NCBI GenBank assembly: GCA_002438075.1 | Contig: DJSQ01000188.1 | Coordinates: forward strand, 1-46,418 | Origin: Clostridiales bacterium UBA6330 | GTDB lineage: Bacteria > Bacillota > Clostridia > Oscillospirales > CAG-272 | DNA: 46,418 nt | Reading direction: 5' to 3' | In this document: piece after piece, positions 45,401 to 46,418 of the stretch | How the letters are laid out: each line of letters opens with the position of its first letter | Position numbering within the stretch: the first letter of the stretch is position 1 | The notes under the pieces: model-generated | Told to the model about the DNA's origin: nothing | The model's input: the letters and a program-made list of their open reading frames with translations, nothing else | The model's database searches: none | Translations under genes and position numbers: made by a program

Positions 45401-46319
45401 CACCACAAAAAGAATTGTAATCACCTTTGGTGATAAGGTGCTGTTCAGCGGTGAGGAAACCGCCGTAACGCCGCAGCATTCCTTCGGCTCGTTTGAGTTA
45501 ATCGAAGCGGAAAACGGTTTGACCCTCCGCACAACCTGCGAGCATTGCAGGACGAATGCGGATACCGAAATCGTGCGGGCAACCCATCCCGAGGGGCGCA
45601 CCGATTGGAGCTTTGAATTTACGCCTGCGGTGAACGGTATCTATACCTTCCAGCTGTTGGTCGGTAAAACGCTTAAAATTTCCGAGAAGGACGGCGACCA
45701 TTTCGTTCAGAAGGACTACGACCCGAACGGAAGAATTCGATGGTTCATGAAGGCAGGGCAGACCTATAAGCTGTCGTGGGCTGAATCCGAAACAACCGAG
45801 AAATGGGAGGCGTATATCGCCATCCTTCCGAGCCACGCGAATTGTGGGGGTTATATCAACAATAATGGCTACGGCGTTCTGCTCCCCGGCTCCGAGACCT
45901 GCGAGGATGGAATGTTGCGCTGGAGCTATTGCTCGTCTTGCGGGGCGATTGGGGATAACGATTCTTTGAAGCTCTACTATGAGCACAAGACACGGCATTG
46001 GTATCTGCCGGGGCATGAGATTGGCATCTGTGATGGCGGACAGTTCATCCTTGACGAGTGCCCCTGCGGAGGCGCTTATGACATCGGGCGCGGAGCCTTC
46101 TGCAAGGGCGTGGACGAAGTGACGGTTGACAGCGAGTTCTATGGCGGATGCAAGTTGGAGACCTACACCTGCACGAAATGCGGACTGTACTATGAGGTCT
46201 ACTATAAGGAAACGACAGACGAGGAAACAGGAGCAGTGACGGTTGATTATTTGTATGTTGTAATCACGGTTCACGATGAGGTCGTGTATTCGTGGGGGAC
46301 CCCGCCTACAGCTGCGTAA
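42402..46319 (+). CDS. 1305-aa Cys-rich modular lipoprotein, function unknown
   Basis: RBS AGGAGGGA. Lipobox LGLSAC. 19 CxxC plus 5 CxC motifs arranged in repeated ~150-aa units. Confidence 0.85.
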   Translation: MKNRRRCLVGILCAVAALLCVLGLSACKKKGHVHEWGEWEVIKEPTCSEEGKRMRTCSGCTEAETEAIEKIAHTYDVERISDEALKSAATCTGAAVYYKSCACGAVSTSEDDTFTYGEALAHTYDKEVVSDKTLKTVAICTGAAVYYKSCACGAVSTSEDDTFTYGERAMHQFDKGVCTVCGHVGCDHKTLHTKTLDLHELGLCASVFTYRICDCGTVVETDDDFLDNLNCSIDNEAWNAAFPESEAEKGEVHGTVTCEKCGLNVEITMQFTEDGCLFRSRYVITLKKDDKVLLDHAVSIYENHDHFEVRAEIPLPSADGFCGGTLAVLKCKYCGEITKKLALKPTCKFDFVHGLTNTEETDANGVKHTIARGVCPDCGLTKEFDAWVEKDGCDEVSFTAERIYRGDKMLLSMIDEDLQKSHNFVPTYEALGEGSCYEDGMKTTYRCTTCNLSVYSYEYQHASVTEVIKIKELGGCDTQISVWHCMACGEVISFSPEWDVRQNNCQMEETSQTYTKDGVEHTVTTNTCSECGLQIIVDAWEILHGKNGGCGYTDYESYRVIYGEQTLISYQGTVDDGIRHDWDEENAIYECDPDMACEDGYYNVVLTCKRCGEKQTMMLYGHDKDDFGIELDDYGCGGYVGGWLCRRCGDLYSDIWNFDCEKNGTLVWSETPVETTDKNGLVHKTWTGTCSACGLQFIREEWAEKEDAFGCRTKYYVAYQILKDDEVILKFHSDEVVDKHNDDEHMKTVYDREGACEDGYYKTSYCPTCGLASADHMEGHKEAYRSIDAKELGFCHGSFNERYCVVCGEIQYQQDQLECDFVEDEGSDGKSKTCSVCGAKVLYVDKDEEIDPCHLIVISEDHYINKNGEDVYVIEYQSRFTTHKEEYDFEFYGTSCSEGYRVRKVCSVCGETTKDWVEKPDHRLFDHEAYEDLFVWDNVEGVCESHVGAVKIKGCACGFLFYFEQGDLVYDQATKTYGCSECALKLVQTVTEDTDGCKKTTTKRIVITFGDKVLFSGEETAVTPQHSFGSFELIEAENGLTLRTTCEHCRTNADTEIVRATHPEGRTDWSFEFTPAVNGIYTFQLLVGKTLKISEKDGDHFVQKDYDPNGRIRWFMKAGQTYKLSWAESETTEKWEAYIAILPSHANCGGYINNNGYGVLLPGSETCEDGMLRWSYCSSCGAIGDNDSLKLYYEHKTRHWYLPGHEIGICDGGQFILDECPCGGAYDIGRGAFCKGVDEVTVDSEFYGGCKLETYTCTKCGLYYEVYYKETTDEETGAVTVDYLYVVITVHDEVVYSWGTPPTAA
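42614..42907 (+). repeat. tandem 147-bp (49-aa) duplication inside the Cys-rich gene
   Basis: AHTYD..(I/V)SD..LK....CTGAAVYYKSCACGAVSTSEDDTFTYGE occurs twice. 42671-42756 and 42818-42903 differ at only 2 positions. Confidence 0.9.
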
Positions 46320-46332
46320 AATGTTCTATGAG

Positions 46333-46368
46333 AAAGCCGACACCGAAAGGTGTCGGCTTTTGATTTTT
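46333..46368 (+). terminator. intrinsic terminator
   Basis: AAAGCCGACACC-gaaa-GGTGTCGGCTTT followed by TGATTTTT. Confidence 0.85.
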
Positions 46369-46418
46369 CTACACGGGTGCCGATCGGGTTATGATAGAAT
46401 GCCTTACACGGGTGCCGA

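Overview
46.4-kb high-GC (clearly above 50% by eye) Bacillota, Clostridia-like chromosomal segment. It has GGAGG-type RBSs, many near-consensus TTGACA-N17-TATAAT promoters, CIRCE-groESL and spoVAC. I see no rRNA/tRNA, CRISPR array, transposase, integrase or phage genes. Content in order: (1) 1-9.5 kb: an accessory cluster of secreted proteins and lipoproteins next to an AraC regulator (GLUG-like surface protein, SGNH hydrolase, SBP-like lipoprotein, beta-helix lipoprotein, a 584-aa protein with a tandem-duplicated domain), plus two paralogous micro-ORFs. (2) 9.7-17.3 kb: a regulator and a 7-gene sugar operon that reads as a De Ley-Doudoroff-type galactose/galactonate route (GH, mutarotase, MBL hydrolase, dgoD, SDR, dgoK, dgoA/eda). 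(3) 17.4-23.9 kb: a regulator-dense stretch (XRE-TPR, HTH, XRE plus sigma-70/ECF-like), then alpha/beta hydrolase, Dabb and YitT genes. (4) 23.9-31.8 kb, the most interesting part: a SipW/TasA-type extracellular-fibre locus. It has one catalytically degenerate and one intact SipW-type signal peptidase and five TasA/camelysin-family paralogues, two of them fused to large adhesin-like C-terminal modules. It also has conserved intercistronic double stem-loops and G9/G11 homopolymer tracts inside conserved leader micro-ORFs. (5) 31.8-42 kb: spoVAC, a CpsB/CpsC/CpsD-type phosphatase/modulator/kinase trio, ppa, a candidate type I toxin-antitoxin (35-aa hydrophobic peptide plus a convergent promoter/terminator for an antisense sRNA), AEC transporter, lipoprotein serine protease, AGCS symporter, groESL. 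(6) 42.4-46.3 kb: a 1305-aa Cys-rich (19 CxxC) modular lipoprotein of unknown function. All functional calls come from motif recognition by eye; no database search was possible.
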